Origin: Eledone cirrhosa
Taxonomy: Eukaryota
DNA: 64,000 nucleotides
Assembly: GCA_964016885.1 (NCBI GenBank)
Contig: OZ024740.1
Span: 42,780,001-42,844,000, forward strand
Direction: 5' to 3'
This document shows, in pieces, positions 38,581 through 54,865 of this stretch. The notes under the pieces were generated by a model. The model did not search any database. It saw only the letters and a program-made list of their open reading frames with translations, and was not told the origin of the DNA. The number at the start of each line of letters is the position of its first letter. The stretch's first letter is position 1. Made by a program: the position numbers and the translations under genes.

Positions 38581-41500
38581 CTCTAAATAAACTAAGCATA
38601 ACGTGGTTTTTCTTCCTGAAATATAATACGACCATACATATGTTAGATTTCAACTCAGTACAATACCTTGATATTGCGAATCATAATGTTACTGTTGATT
38701 ACTGAACGGCACTATCCTCTCCAATTGTAAGAAACATTTACTATTGATGATGATGCAAATGACTCTACGTGGTCACTGAACCGTCCAAGAACAATAGACG
38801 AATTTCTCCCATATCACATCCACGGGTCTGAATCAAAACGATTAATTGGATTCTGTAGTTGGGGGCATATTATTGTTGGAAAATTAGGTTGATTAAGACT
38901 GGAATGCATGTAATATGATCTGATTATTCAGGGTTAATCTTCGACCAAATAATATTGACTGAATGTATTTGAGAAGTTGAGAAGTACGGGATATATGTCG
39001 CAAACTTTCCGCCACCGGCTCCGACAATCATAAATTTGCCATAAATAAGCTGTTGCTTAGAAATAACAGTCTTTTATTCCGTTTATAACAGAAAGACAAG
39101 ATGAGTAAACAAAATAAGGCAAGTAACAAGAGGAGACACAGAGAAGAAGAAATACTCATAAGAACAAATAGTCATTAAGGAGGTCACAGAATGTGTGAGG
39201 AAAGAGCTTTGACGGAATAACCAATAACCAATAACAAATAATTATATAGCTGAAGTAATTGTCTGTTTTTCTTGGCAAGAAAGATTTTTATTCTTTTATA
39301 CTTTATTTTTATTTTCTTTCAATAATGTTATATTATGGCACCAGTTTCAGGATGAAGAGTCGATTTACATGATATTTCGATGTCTGCCACTTGTTTTATA
39401 GATCTCTATTTGCGGCATAGCACGGTTACAGGACATTAATCAACAGTAAAGGTAAACACACATATCAACACATAATCACACAAACACAAACACATAAACA
39501 CACACACACACACACGCACACATATATATATAGAGAGAGGGAGGGGGAGATGTGTGTGTTTGTACAGAAGACTTCCGTACAGTTTCGGTTAACCAGATTT
39601 AACTCACTAGACACTGCTCAACCCGAAGCTATAATAGTAGACTCTTGCTCAAGGTGCAATGCAGTGGGATTGGGAATTACGTAGCTACACAACTATGACT
39701 GACTGAATCTAAAATATTGCATTTGGCTAGGAAATTTTAGAATTGAGATGTTGAGATGTTCAAGCATTTCCCAACAAAATTAGTGGCATGTGATTAATAA
39801 ATCTTCTTCAAACAATAAACATTAGATCACATTCTTGACTCACTTTCAGTTCAATGGTTACTCTACGAAGCTAATTACTATTCCTTACATACGTCTTTTA
39901 AAAATCGCACCTAATACAATACACGATCAGTAGTAAATAATGGCCTGGTGATAATAGGTCTGAATTTGTTAGGGTATGTCACACTTTTCTATGGACATTT
40001 GAATAGAAATGCCTATGCTCACAAACGATCTCTTGAAATTTAAGAGAACATTATGTTTAAGTAGTCAAATGTTTCAATTATGCCATCACAACACCCCACT
40101 GTCTCAAAGAGTATAGTAACAAAATCCGGATCATTAAAAAAAGCTTCCTATTAAATATTCTTAACAACACATTTAAGTCATGATATGAATATTTAATAAG
40201 AAAAAGCTGTCAGAACGATATAAATATTTAAGATGTATAAAACGCTGAAACCTTTCCAATGAACAATTTTCTTCTGCGCGTGTAAGAGTTCCTCAATAGA
40301 ATTATTGTACCTTACGGGCATTAAAAAAGAAAGTTGGAAAACTAATTCTTTACAGTAAGCTATTTCTCCTTCACATACGGAACGTATAGCCATATTTAGC
40401 ACGTAATTTATTAACCTGCTAGCAACCTAGAAAATTAAAGTTAATTAATAAATCCCACATGAAACAGTTTGCAGTCAGAATTATTCTGAAATGTATCTTA
40501 GCCAACTAGTTGGTGAATGAAACTGACTTTACATACAGCACCTCCAAGCAGTCATACACATAAAAGATCAAGCATATGCAAATAAAAGAATGCCGTCTTC
40601 ACTATATTTTAAGACGCACACAGAAACATAATTGAGTATGTGTATTTGAGTTACAAAGTGGGTCCATGTTTGTTTATGCGTGTGGACAATATTAAATAGT
40701 ATGCAACTGTCAGGATGGAGTAACAAGTCAAATGCAATTCAGAATGGTAATTAAAATGACTATAAAGTTGTCTAAAATAAAAATGTGGATTGAAACGTGT
40801 TTAATGAAGAAACTAAATATCTGTTAATGTAGTTTAAAGTTCAATATTTAACGGATGGGAAATTATAATAGCGGATTCAAAGCAAAGATAAATTAATGTG
40901 AAAATGATTCAAATTCTGTTTTTATAATAAGGCTTCATTAGGAGGAATGCGTCTTCCGAGACTGAACGAGAAGTGGTTAAAGTTATTCTTGCAGGAAAAT
41001 ATGCAGAGGTGGAATTTGTGAGGATCGATAGTAAAGGAACAAATAATCAAGATTGGTAGTTATTATGGTGCCTTTCATCATTACGATAAAATAAAGTACC
41101 AGTAATACACTGGAATAATTGCTGGCCTTGTGCCTAAAGTAGAAACATTTATGGTGCGTGTTATTATGCACACAATTACAAGCAAGGTTTTGCGGATCAT
41201 TGGTTGGTTTAACTTCAGGTTTTAATATTTTAACTATAGTAAATGCATTAGTATTCAGATACAACTATTACAATACTTTTATTAGTTAAAATGTTTAAAA
41301 AATGAATTAAATAACCTGTCAAGTGTTTTTGATGTTAATGAATAATAAGTTTAGCGAATATCAAGTACATGCTATAATTAAAATCAATGACTGCCTTCTA
41401 TATTTAATTGATTTAAATTAATTTATACGGTGGGCATGGATCTGATAACTTTCCTGACCAAAATATTTAATTAAGATATAAGGATTATTTTGCTAGTCAT

Positions 41501-43171
41501 CATATTGGCTGTAAATCTAATTAATGAGATTATTTTGGTTCATTCCATCAAGACGTTTAGCCACCGTTTTACTAGATATTATCTAAAATTCATCGTCTAC
41601 ATTGGCACAAGGTAGCATATATGTAAAAGAGAAATGTAGGTATATTGTCCTCATGTCATTGACGTCTAACAGGTAGAAGGCAACAAAAATTTACCACATC
41701 ATAATATCAGCTCAATCCTTACTTAAATATTAAACGATTTATGGAAATCATGCCGAGGTGTTTCTCTGATTTATAAACTCGAAAATGGAGCCCATAAATT
41801 ATAAACGTTTATGAGATATCACTTCGATCACAATTATCTTGCTTAAAACTGAAAACAAGTTATTTCTATGTAATACGAGACTAAGAAAACATCAGTCCTT
41901 GAATTGCTTCATAAGCAAATATATTTAAAAAGTAAATAAAAGTAGATTTACAGATTCCTATCTGTACCGACATAAAATGAGGCACCGTGGAGATTTATTG
42001 GTTGCATTCATAGTAAATATTTATCATTTGTAAAGATTAATCATGTTATGATAAGGCTAAAAGGAGCTAGAAGTTATGTTGTGTGATTGTAAATAGAAAT
42101 ATAAAGAGTAGGGAAATAGAAAACGAGATAAATACAAAGAAAAATGTGAGAAAAGATAGAAATAAAGACAGATAGTAGAAGCAAGGAAAAGCGAGAAATA
42201 TTGAGAACAAGAATGTGTGTGTGAGAGAGGGGAAGAGAGAAAGACAGATCGAGAGAAAATAGAAATATGTGTAACAAATTAGATGAAAAAGTTAAAATAA
42301 GATTCATGAGAAGACAACAACGCAGTATTAAGGTTCTTGAAAATGTTTCTAAATGTTGCTGCCCTGGGCATTATTGAAATATCAAGAGGGAAAAAGAATC
42401 AACGTAAAATTAAGTAGAGTTGTTGATTTTTGTATTTTTTCCATATAATGTAAAAATAATAATTCTCATATTCAAACCACACGCACACACGCACATACAC
42501 ACATATAATGGACACACACACATATATAATGCACACACACACACACGTACGCATAATGCAGATAGATCAGAACTACGTTGTCTCATATCTCATTGCTGTT
42601 GGTTAAATGCGTGTAGGGAAATTGATTAAAATTGATTTGATATTTTGAAACAATTGCCAGAAGATATTAACTATGTTAAAAATACCACTTAGTGCCATAA
42701 ATTACCTCCCAGTTTAAATGTCTAACATTAAGACAAATTTAAACCAAATATCTAATTATATATATTTTTAAAGGGTTAGAATATATTTGACGATAAATAC
42801 CCACTAAACAACATTCCACGCACTCAGCAATTTTGGAAAGTAAAATCATACCACAATTATGCTACAACAAGCATCTCTTTTTCTTTGAATATAGATATAT
42901 CTTTTACTAATTCATATGAAATTGACAAAAATAAGATAGAAATATATATTTAAATGAAATTAGAAAATAGCATAACCAAAGTAACATATCTCAATCCATT
43001 ACGTATAAAATGTATATAAACTATAAAAAGAAAACGTACTCTATATTGAAACATAGTTTAAGCTAAAGTATTATATCTTGAAGAAACTTCTCAATCATAT
43101 CAACCTAATTGCTTTCTAACATTCCGTCTCTAGCGTTTTCGTATTCTAACTTAGATATTATTTCATAGCAA

Positions 43172-43512
43172 CAATAAATCATATATAGGCAAACCCTATA
43201 AATCATATATAGCCAAACCCAATAAATCATATATAGGCAAACCCAATAAATCATATATAGGCAAACCCTATAAATCATATAGAGGCAAGCCCGATAAATC
43301 ATATATAGGCAAACCCTATAAATCATATATAGGCAAACCCAATAAATCATATATAGCCACACCCAATAAATTATATATAGGCAAACCCTATAAATCATAT
43401 ATAGGTAAACCCAATAAATCATATATAGGCAAACCCAATAAATCATATATAGGCAAACCCTTTAAATCATATATAGGCAAACCCAATAAATCATATATAG
43501 GCAAACCCTATT
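43172..43512. repeat. 24-bp minisatellite, ~14 units of ataaatcatatataggcaaaccc(t/a)
   Basis: Directly visible, and gives the 8-aa periodicity of ORF 43105-43446. Confidence 0.92.
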
Positions 43513-44210
43513 GTTAATATTTAGTATTTTTTTCACCCGAGCAAATCTGGTCCCCTGCGATTTGAACATATATATATATATCTGTGTTTATCTCTCTTTT
43601 AAATTCAATTATATTACGCGGCTCGGAAAAATCTCTTTCCTTGAGCTATTTAATTGTAAGAGACTATTTTGAGTTTCTAACTCAATATATACCTTTGATA
43701 TATTCGGCTCCTACAATTTGTTGAGCTAAATTAAATGTCGAGTAAACTTGGCTGCTATTTTAGTGGTATACGTTTATGAGACACGCTACGTTCTGATGTC
43801 ATGTGCGTTATTTTATATGCGCACACTATTCAGTCTGCTGAGATACTTAGAAGTGAAGGTTTTACTAATTTTACATCCACTGATAAGCAAACAATTGGTA
43901 ATTGCCTTCGCTAAAATTGCCAAACAGCAATACCAAAAGCTGTCTGGGTGTCTGGCAGTTGCCCCAATATCGGTTTGTATTTCTTTTCTTGATTTATTTT
44001 AAATTGAGTCTGGCAAACCCTATTGTTCATAGTTAGTATATTGTTCACCCTAGCGAATCTGGTCCCTTAAGATTTGAACACATAAATGTATATATCTGTG
44101 CTTATCTTTGTTTTATATTCAATTATATTACACGGCCTCGGAAAAATCTCTTTCTTTGAGCTATTTAATAATAAGAGACTATTTTGAGTTTCTAACTCAA
44201 TATATACCTT

Positions 44211-44215
<5 letters not shown>
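43499..44215 (+). mobile_element. ~1.4 tandem copies of a ~515-bp unit related to the 12.8-14.4 kb unit, with a degenerate HHR at 43873-43951
   Basis: ggcaaaccctattgtt occurs at ~43500 and ~44012. Motif ACAUCCA CUGAUAA GCAA..UUGC CAAA CAGC..GCUG UC UGGGUGU. Confidence 0.72.
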
Positions 44216-44297
<82 letters not shown>

Positions 44298-44409
44298 TAA
44301 AGAATTAGTATATCTACCAACATATTTATACAGATGTATACTTACGCTAGCAAAGATATAGGTTTTGTCTTAGTAATTGTGTGGTTCAATACAAAGAGAT
44401 GTAGAACAA

Positions 44410-44937
<528 letters not shown>

Positions 44938-45022
44938 ATATTTTCGAAACAGCGAGTTGGTTTGAAATTATTAGAAATGTAATCTATTGCCGTATTTTTA
45001 CGGCGATAGCATATATATATAT

Positions 45023-45786
45023 AATTAAGTTAAAAATGTACATCCACATATGTATACTGAAATACTAGTATGCATATGAATACACACACGTATACATATG
45101 TAGATGTACCAAGTCTTTCACTGGTCACTTTACTGTGAGTGGCCAGCTATTCTGTATGTAAACACACAGACAAACCGGTTTTTAGAGTCATACTGGTTTT
45201 TGAGGAAACACCTTTCCTCTATTCTCCAGAAAGCCAGACAAGGAATATTGAACTAGTTTCGTTGTTGTTACAACTCATCAGCAATATTTACCTATCTACC
45301 GGCCTTTCTGGAGAATCGTAAAAGCACATATCGTTATATGCTTTTTCTATGAAAATTAGTAGAAATTTAGTTTCGTTTCGTTATTTGTTTTCATCGTCTC
45401 CGTTGAACCGGTACGTACTCACACTCTATGCAAATTGGTCTGCCCACTACTAATTTTCATAGAAAAAGCATATAACGATATGTGCTTTTACGATTCTCCA
45501 GAAAGGCCGGTAGATAGGTAAATATTGCTGATGAGTTGTAACAACAACGAAACTAGTTCAATATTCCTTGTCTGGCTTTCTGGAGAATAGAGGAAAGGTG
45601 TTTCCTCAAAAACCAGTATGACTCTAAAAACCGGTTTGTCTGTGTGTTTACATACAGAATAGCTGGCCACTCACAGTAAAGTGACCAGTGAAAGACTTGG
45701 TACATCTACATATGTATACGTGTGTGTATTCCTATGCATACTAGTATTTCAGTATACATATGTGGATGTACATTTTTAACTTAATT
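45023..45786. mobile_element. Fold-back element with near-identical ~340-bp arms, each with an intact minimal HHR (+ 45521-45565, - 45244-45288)
   Basis: AAUAUUG CUGAUGA GUUGU AACA ACAAC GAAA CUAG UU CAAUAUU. Identical 60-aa spurious ORFs on both strands confirm arm identity. Confidence 0.88.
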
Positions 45787-45853
45787 GTTTAAGCGTCAGT
45801 CATACAAAAGTAAGTTACAAACGAAACGAAATTTAATTTCGTTTCGTTATTTG

Positions 45854-45953
<100 letters not shown>

Positions 45954-46783
45954 TATACATATATATATAGTTGTTATATAGTAAGATGTATTATTGGTCG
46001 TGTCAAACGGTCATACACTTTTTGGGACGAGACGGATGTGTATATACCATAACATACACTATTTGGAGATACGACTGTTACAATTCAATCTATACACGTA
46101 TAGCAGAACATTGAACTCACCTTACTTGCGTGTGTATAGGGTTGCGAGTAACCCAATTTTTTCCAATTCTTTTGGACGATACGGATGTGTATATACCATA
46201 ACATACACTATCTGGAGATACGGATGTTACAATTCAATCCATACACATATAGCAGAACACTGAACTGAACTTACTTGCGTGTGCATAGGGTTGCGGTTGA
46301 CCCAATTTTTCCAATTTGCATCGTCAAATTGAGATTTGACCAATATAACATTTGTTGTTTTGTAAACTAACTTTCAGTGAGTACTATGTTGGTATATTTA
46401 TATCTTTTCTTTGACCTCGTGTCGGTGTGTGTGAATGTGTGTACTCATTCACACTAACTGTGACCGTCTATAGTTCTACAGATTTGATACTCTGTTGGTA
46501 TATGTATATATATTTTTTTCTTTGACATTGCGTCGTGTGTGTGTGAGTGTGTGTGTACCCACTCACATTAACTGTGACCGACTGTAATTCTATAGATTTG
46601 GTTGATGTCCAGCGTCTTTTACAGCTATTGGGAGATAGAGACTTGATAGTTTTATGACCCTAACTGAGGACGAAAGCAGTCGCTGTGTGTTGACTGATGG
46701 GATCTTCATATGAAAGGCTAAACTCTGTGAGTGAACATAGTTAATTTTCTCCCTCATATCAAGGATCTGAAGACAATTTATTT

Positions 46784-46857
46784 TCACCTGACGAGATCAG
46801 TGGTAATCGATCATGGCTACACGATCGATCTATCTCTTATTGAAACATGTGTCGTGA
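46784..46857 (+). ncRNA. Hammerhead ribozyme near the 3' end of a ~930-bp insert (45970-46905) with internal tandem duplications
   Basis: UCAC CUGACGA GAU..(AUCGAUC/GAUCGAU)..AUU GAAA CAUGUG UC GUGA. Confidence 0.75.
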
Positions 46858-46917
46858 TTAAAATGATTGGAAATTTATACCATGCCTTCGGATCTTTATT
46901 TTGATATATATATATAT

Positions 46918-49900
46918 AGTAATAATAATAAATTTGAAGACTAAAATCCAAAGAGGGCTCGATAAAGATAAATATATATGAAATATATAAGAACCGTAGA
47001 GCAAATATTTATTAAGATAACAGATTAAAGATTAAGCAAAAATCGCTGCTTTAACCCTTAACGGGATCTTCTGAGACTAAAAAGATCAATCTGTGAACGC
47101 AGAAGTAAATATTTCCAAAAACGTTGCAACCGGAGGACGACAGGAAGACGATACTTTGGTTCGTGGAAACGTTCCCTGGCAAAGAACAGGAAAAAACGAA
47201 GATAATACGTCATTATTTGGAGCGGTGAAAAACAATTACACGCAAAGACAAAACCACGTTTAAGGTATAAAAGAAGTCGTAGACTAATATTCTATTAGGT
47301 GGTACATGGAGACGTTCTCTGGCAATGAACGGAAAAACGAAGAAAATACGTCATTATGTGGAGCGGGGAGAACAATTGCACGCAAAGACAAAAACCACGT
47401 AAATGTTATAACTGAAGTCGTAGACTAAGATTCTAACTAGGAAACCGAATGATTCTTGGCTTCAGAGTTAAGAATAAAATAAATAAAATACAGAGGTAAT
47501 TGAAATTAAATAAATACATACACGCATCCATATACGTACATACACAAGCATACGCGAAAACCCTCGCCATAGGTATACAAAGACAAGCACGTACACAAAT
47601 GAAACACGCACGCACTTACAGAACCCACGCAACGCATCTACCTGCACACATACGTATGTATACACCAAATACACATAAAAATATATGTAAAAAATAAAAT
47701 ATATATATATATATATGTGTGTGTGTATACATATAATTAAATAAACGTGAATAAATAAATAAATACGTATATAACGCACGCAAACACATACCTACATGTA
47801 AATACACATATGTTCGAAGACGTACGTCAACCAAAACATTAAGTACACATAAAGTACTCATATACACACACCCTACATACGTATGAACCCGCATACTCAC
47901 ACAGACGCAAAACTCGCGTATACACATAACCAACTGTATATGTACCAGAATATATAATATATACGCCATAACATATACATTGAAATATACGTACGAGAAA
48001 GTATACGTACCTTCACAAAACATACAGGTAATATATACTTACCTATACAAATAAGAAATGGTATAAACATAACATATACTTAGCTACCACATCAAGACGT
48101 AAAATATCCGCGTATAGTTCGTACTATCAGTTAGGGTATAATGTGGGGCTGTAATACAGGAAAGTTTTGTGCAATTTATGTTTATGAGCCGAAATTGCCT
48201 CGGATTTTTTGTTTAAGATGTGGTCTTTGGCGTAAAGTATTTCCAGGGCCTCAGCGGCGCAGAGATTACATGGTCTTTTATTTCTGTTATACGATCTAGC
48301 TCTAGCTAGAATCTCCCAGTGTAACTTATATTGGGTGTGGTTCTCTTTTGGAATCCAGATATAAGCTGAAAGTGATGTCATATTCCTTCTTAAAGGGTTA
48401 AGAAAAAAATGGGTATGCATGTAACGACGCTACTTGAATCTCTTGGCGGTTAACCCTATGTAGGCCCTACGGGACGTGGGTGTTTCAACCTTACATTTCA
48501 AGACAACGTTACTAGAGAGGCATTTCCCGGATAGGGAGCAGTCAACCCGATTCCTACAATTACAGTTAGTACTAGTTACAGCGTTGCACGTGTTCCTACG
48601 GCTAGGTAATTTAGCTAAATTCGGAGCTGTGATGTTATGTGCCAAGTTAGGAGTCGTAGAGTAAGACATTTTAATGGTATTTCTATTAAAAATGTTACTA
48701 TATTTATGTGTTGGGGGAAAATGCTTCATTATAAGGGAGAGAAAGAACTTAGTTAATGGTTCGGCAACCTCCATATCATATGGTGGGTTATAACATATAA
48801 TGCGTCGGGATCTATTTTATCTTGGTCTATTCCCGTACTCTGTATATACTACCTTATCGACAAATCCACTCCGAGCAAGAGCTTCAGTGTAATATGTGGA
48901 ATGGTCGTTGAAAATATGCTCCTTAGTAGATAGACGGGAAAGCCTCAATGAAACGTTTCTTACCAGGTTCTTGGTTATGCTGGCAGGATGGTTAGAATGC
49001 TTACTTATGTAATTAAGCGTATTATTCGGTTTTCTATACGGGTAGTGCAAACCATTCGACAAATTGAGGGTAACGTCGAGGTAATTAACGACCGAGGTTG
49101 AAGCCTATAAAGAAGGCTGTGAGTTCTTTTCTGAACCTGTCGCAAGCACGTTGGCCGCACTTTGTCATGGTCAAAAGACCATCATCACGGTACAAACCAC
49201 CGCCCACGCTGCGGAATTCTACCTTGATAGAGAAAAGAAGGAAAAGGCCAATAAGATCAGTAACCTCCGCAGAATCGCTGGCACCCATACTCGCGTCGAA
49301 TGGGGTACTATTAGATTTTTTAATCTAAATAGAGTCGTCTAAATTAATCACCGACTTACGGGCATAGACGATGACATCAACTTCGAAATCCTTAACCACT
49401 GTGAGTATTTTAGCGAAATTGATAGCTCTAAGGAGAAGTGGTAAAGTGATGGAGGAGTAGCAATTATTGATGTCGAATTGGATAAAACGGCTATGTTCCT
49501 TGTTGCATATGCCGTTGGACCAATCAATCACCGCGAAAGAATTGTTCCACAGTGCAAGAGAGGCCAAACTTCTAATTTTAGGTATAATTCTATCTTTTAC
49601 TAAGTCTACCTAAATCGGACTTCGTAGGGTTAATAAGCCGAATAGATGGGTTGTTGGGGAAATTGGATTTGTGATCCTTCAGGGTAAAGTGGGGAGAAAT
49701 AGGGTCCAGTGGTTCAGTCCGGTTCAGGATGTTGAGATCAGAGGTGATTTTAAACCTAGCATCGTTGATTTCATTGATGACGCACCGATTAGTTTTACGG
49801 TAATCCTTAGTTACAACATTATGTAGAAGTTGATGGTAAGTACTGCGCTCCACTTGATATAGATTGCTAGTTTTGTCGGAGTGGACGTGCACAGCATTAG

Positions 49901-50948
49901 AATCCTTAATAGAACGAATTCTATTCTCCAGGTCCTGCTGGAAGGTATTGCTTCTATTCCGAAATTTGATACTCCGTATGAGTTCCGAGACATCATATTC
50001 GAAGGGTAGTAATGCTGGGTTACTCGTAGGGTTATTATAGGTTTTAAACCCAAATTTATCCTATTTGTTGTCAGCTTTTCCCTGATTATCGAAATAAAAG
50101 GCACGCCAACGCAACCTTTTAATGAACGCGTCTGTTTTCTGTATCAAGAGTTTCAGGTATGTTTTCTTGCTTTGTACGGGTATTTTCTTTGTAGAAATAT
50201 TCAGAAGTTGTTTCTTCATGATGAATATAAGTCAATAGAGTGCTCAACCGAGGGAGTCAAATATATATATATTTTTATATATATTTTTATGTGTATTGGG
50301 TGTATACATACGTATGTGTGCGGGTACATGCGTTGCGTGGGTTCTGTATGTGCGTGCGGGTTTTTTTGTGCGCGTGCTTGTATTTGTATACCTATGGCGA
50401 GCGTTTTCGCGTATGCTTGTGCATGTAGGTATATGGATGCGTGTATGTATTTATTTAATTTCAATTACCTCTGTATTTTAATTACTTTATTCTTAACTCT
50501 GAAGCCGAGAATCAGTCGGTTTCCTAGTTAGAATCTTAGTCTACGACTTCAGTTATACCATTTGCCTGGTTTTGTCTTTGCGTGAAATTGTTCTCTTCCC
50601 GCTCCACATAATGACGTATTTTCTTCGATTTTTCTGTTCATTGCCAGAGAACGTCTCCATGAACCACCTAATAGAATATTAGTCTACGACTTCTTTCATA
50701 CCATAAACGTGGTTTTGTCTTTGCGTGTAATTGTTTTTCACCGCTCCAAATAATGACGTATTATCTTCGTTTTATCCCGTTCTTTGCCAGGGAACGTTTC
50801 CACGAACCAAAGTATCGTCTTCCTGTCGTCCTCCGATTGAAACGTTTTTTGAAATATTTACTTCTGCGTTCACAGATTGACAGATTGATCCCGTTAAGGG
50901 TGAAAGCAGCGATTCTTTGCTTAAACTTTAATCTGTTATTTTAATAAA
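46918..50948 (-). mobile_element. Naiad-like Penelope element with decayed ORF and inverted terminal pLTR arm (~50240-50948, + strand)
   Basis: Minus-strand RT/EN fragments. 50240-50948 is the reverse complement of ~47010-47710. (TA)n on both sides. Confidence 0.88.
48127..50200 (-). pseudogene. RT plus GIY-YIG pseudogene of the Naiad-like PLE
   Basis: Fragments SDKTSNLY, TLKDHK.NF...RLINPTKSDLG, FIQFDI..CYSSI, MGASDSAEVTDLIG, GLYRDDGL, PYRKPN..YI..SNHP, CNCR...C.L.GKC, YIGLT, T.LS.YIW, CNLC..E. Several stops and frameshifts. Confidence 0.9.
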
Positions 50949-51258
50949 TATATATATACATATGTATAGATATACATATATATGTGTGTGTAAGTGTTTA
51001 TGTGTGTGGTTGTGAGTATGTAAATATGTTTTATTCTTTTCATTCTACAAAAACACTCTGGCCACCTGTAGCTTGTATGTTAACTTGACCACTCACCATA
51101 GAACAATGGTCTGTGCCATGATTCGGTCTTGTTTATCTTCTAATACCAACCCACCTAAAAAAATTTCCCTACTATAAATCTGTTGAATTACTATTCTTTG
51201 GGTTTTTATTTAATTTTATTTATTTATTTATTTATTTTATTCATTTATTTATTTTATT

Positions 51259-51305
<47 letters not shown>

Positions 51306-51549
51306 CTTTTTCTTTTTCTTTTTCTTTTTCTTTTTCTTTTTCTTTTTCTTTTTCTTTTTCTTTTTCTTTTTCTTTTTCTTTTACAAAAGAACTCCGGCTA
51401 ATTGACCACTCCCCAAGAAAAAACGGTCTGTGCCATGTTATGGTCCTGTGTATCTAAATACCAACCTACCCAAAAAATCCCCCCTCCAGCCACCATCCCT
51501 CCCTTACCACTACCTAAATGGATAAATACCATAACTTAATATGACACCC

Positions 51550-51600
51550 AGCTTCCTGAAGATTTCATCTGAATGAAACAGTTCTCATCCTGTAAAAGCT
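51550..51600 (+). ncRNA. Hammerhead ribozyme in the ~51030-51690 insert
   Basis: AGCUUC CUGAAGA UUUC AUCU GAAU GAAA CAG UUCUCAUC CUG UA AAAGCU. Confidence 0.75.
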
Positions 51601-51700
51601 CCTTCTATACAATAAATATATTTTACTCTGCCATGTATTGAGTACCTTACTTACTGTGGTTATCCCCGACTCAACCCGGGACCTACATATATATATATAT

Positions 51701-53744
<2,044 letters not shown>

Positions 53745-54010
53745 GAGAGAGAAAATTGAGGTTGGTAATGGCACATGAAATAGATAAGAGACAGAATACT
53801 TTTTTGTGAAAAAACATATAATTTTATAAGGTAAGGAAATAATAAAGGGTATACAAAATGACCGGTTTCGATGGGTCTGCAAAAGCCATGTTTTCAAATG
53901 TTGATTAATATTAAGAAAAATTAATAATAAGAAGAGTTAAAATTTGAGATTTCAAAATTCAAGTATAAAATTCATTGTGGGATTTCATAGTAGTTTTCAT
54001 CGTGGTAGCC

Positions 54011-54093
<83 letters not shown>

Positions 54094-54454
54094 TGTGTTT
54101 GTATGTGTGTATCTATATATATATGTGTGTGTGTATGTATGTGTGGGTGTGGGTGTATATATATATATGTGTATATAGATATGTGTGTGTGTGTGTGTGC
54201 GTATGTATGTGTGTATCTGGATGTATGTGTATGTATATATATATGTGTGTGTGTATATATATATGTGTGTGTATGTGTATATATGTGTGTGTGTATGTGT
54301 GTATGTATATGCATGTGTGTGTGTATGTATGTGTGTATATGTATTGCGGCTACCAAGTTGAAAACTACTATGAAATCCCACAATGAATTTTATACTTGAA
54401 TTTTCAAATCTCAAATTTTAACTCTTCTTATTATTAATTTTTCTTAATATTAAT

Positions 54455-54504
54455 CAACATTTGAAAAGATGGCTTTTGCAGACCCATCGAAACCGGTCAT
54501 TTTT
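54455..54504 (+). ncRNA. Hammerhead ribozyme-like motif in the pLTR with U3-A8 core variant; copies at 59340-59389 (+) and 53854-53903 (-)
   Basis: UUGAAAA, helix II GAUGG/CCAUC, GAAA, palindromic ACCGGU, then C cleavage site. Helix I is weak. Confidence 0.7.
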
Positions 54505-54865
54505 TATACCCTTTATTATTTCCTTACCTTATAAAATTATATGTTTTTTCACAAAAAAGTATTCTGTCTCTTATATATTCCATGTGCCATTACCAACCTC
54601 AATTTTCTCTATAACCTTCGTTTTGTGTAGAAAATTACACTTTTCATATATACTAACCTACGCAAATCCGGAAAATGGCAATGGAACAAGACAACACAAC
54701 TTCAAACTCCAATATAAATGAGGAAATCCTGAAAATCCTAAAAGAGATAAATGGAAAACTCACCATTCTGACAAAAAAAACAGGATATACCCCAAACCAC
54801 CACACCGACTGACAACCAAATTTATTTAAACGTTCAAAACGTATGCAACTCCATCGAAAAAACTT

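Noticed and set aside
43105-43512. Regular 24-bp array as a CRISPR array or repeat protein
   Set aside because: Units are contiguous with no unique spacers, no cas genes are present, and the context is eukaryotic.
48127-48774. Selenocysteine (UGA) recoding as reported for some Naiad elements
   Set aside because: The conserved Cys positions I checked are ordinary Cys codons, and the interrupting stop at ~48430 is TAG.
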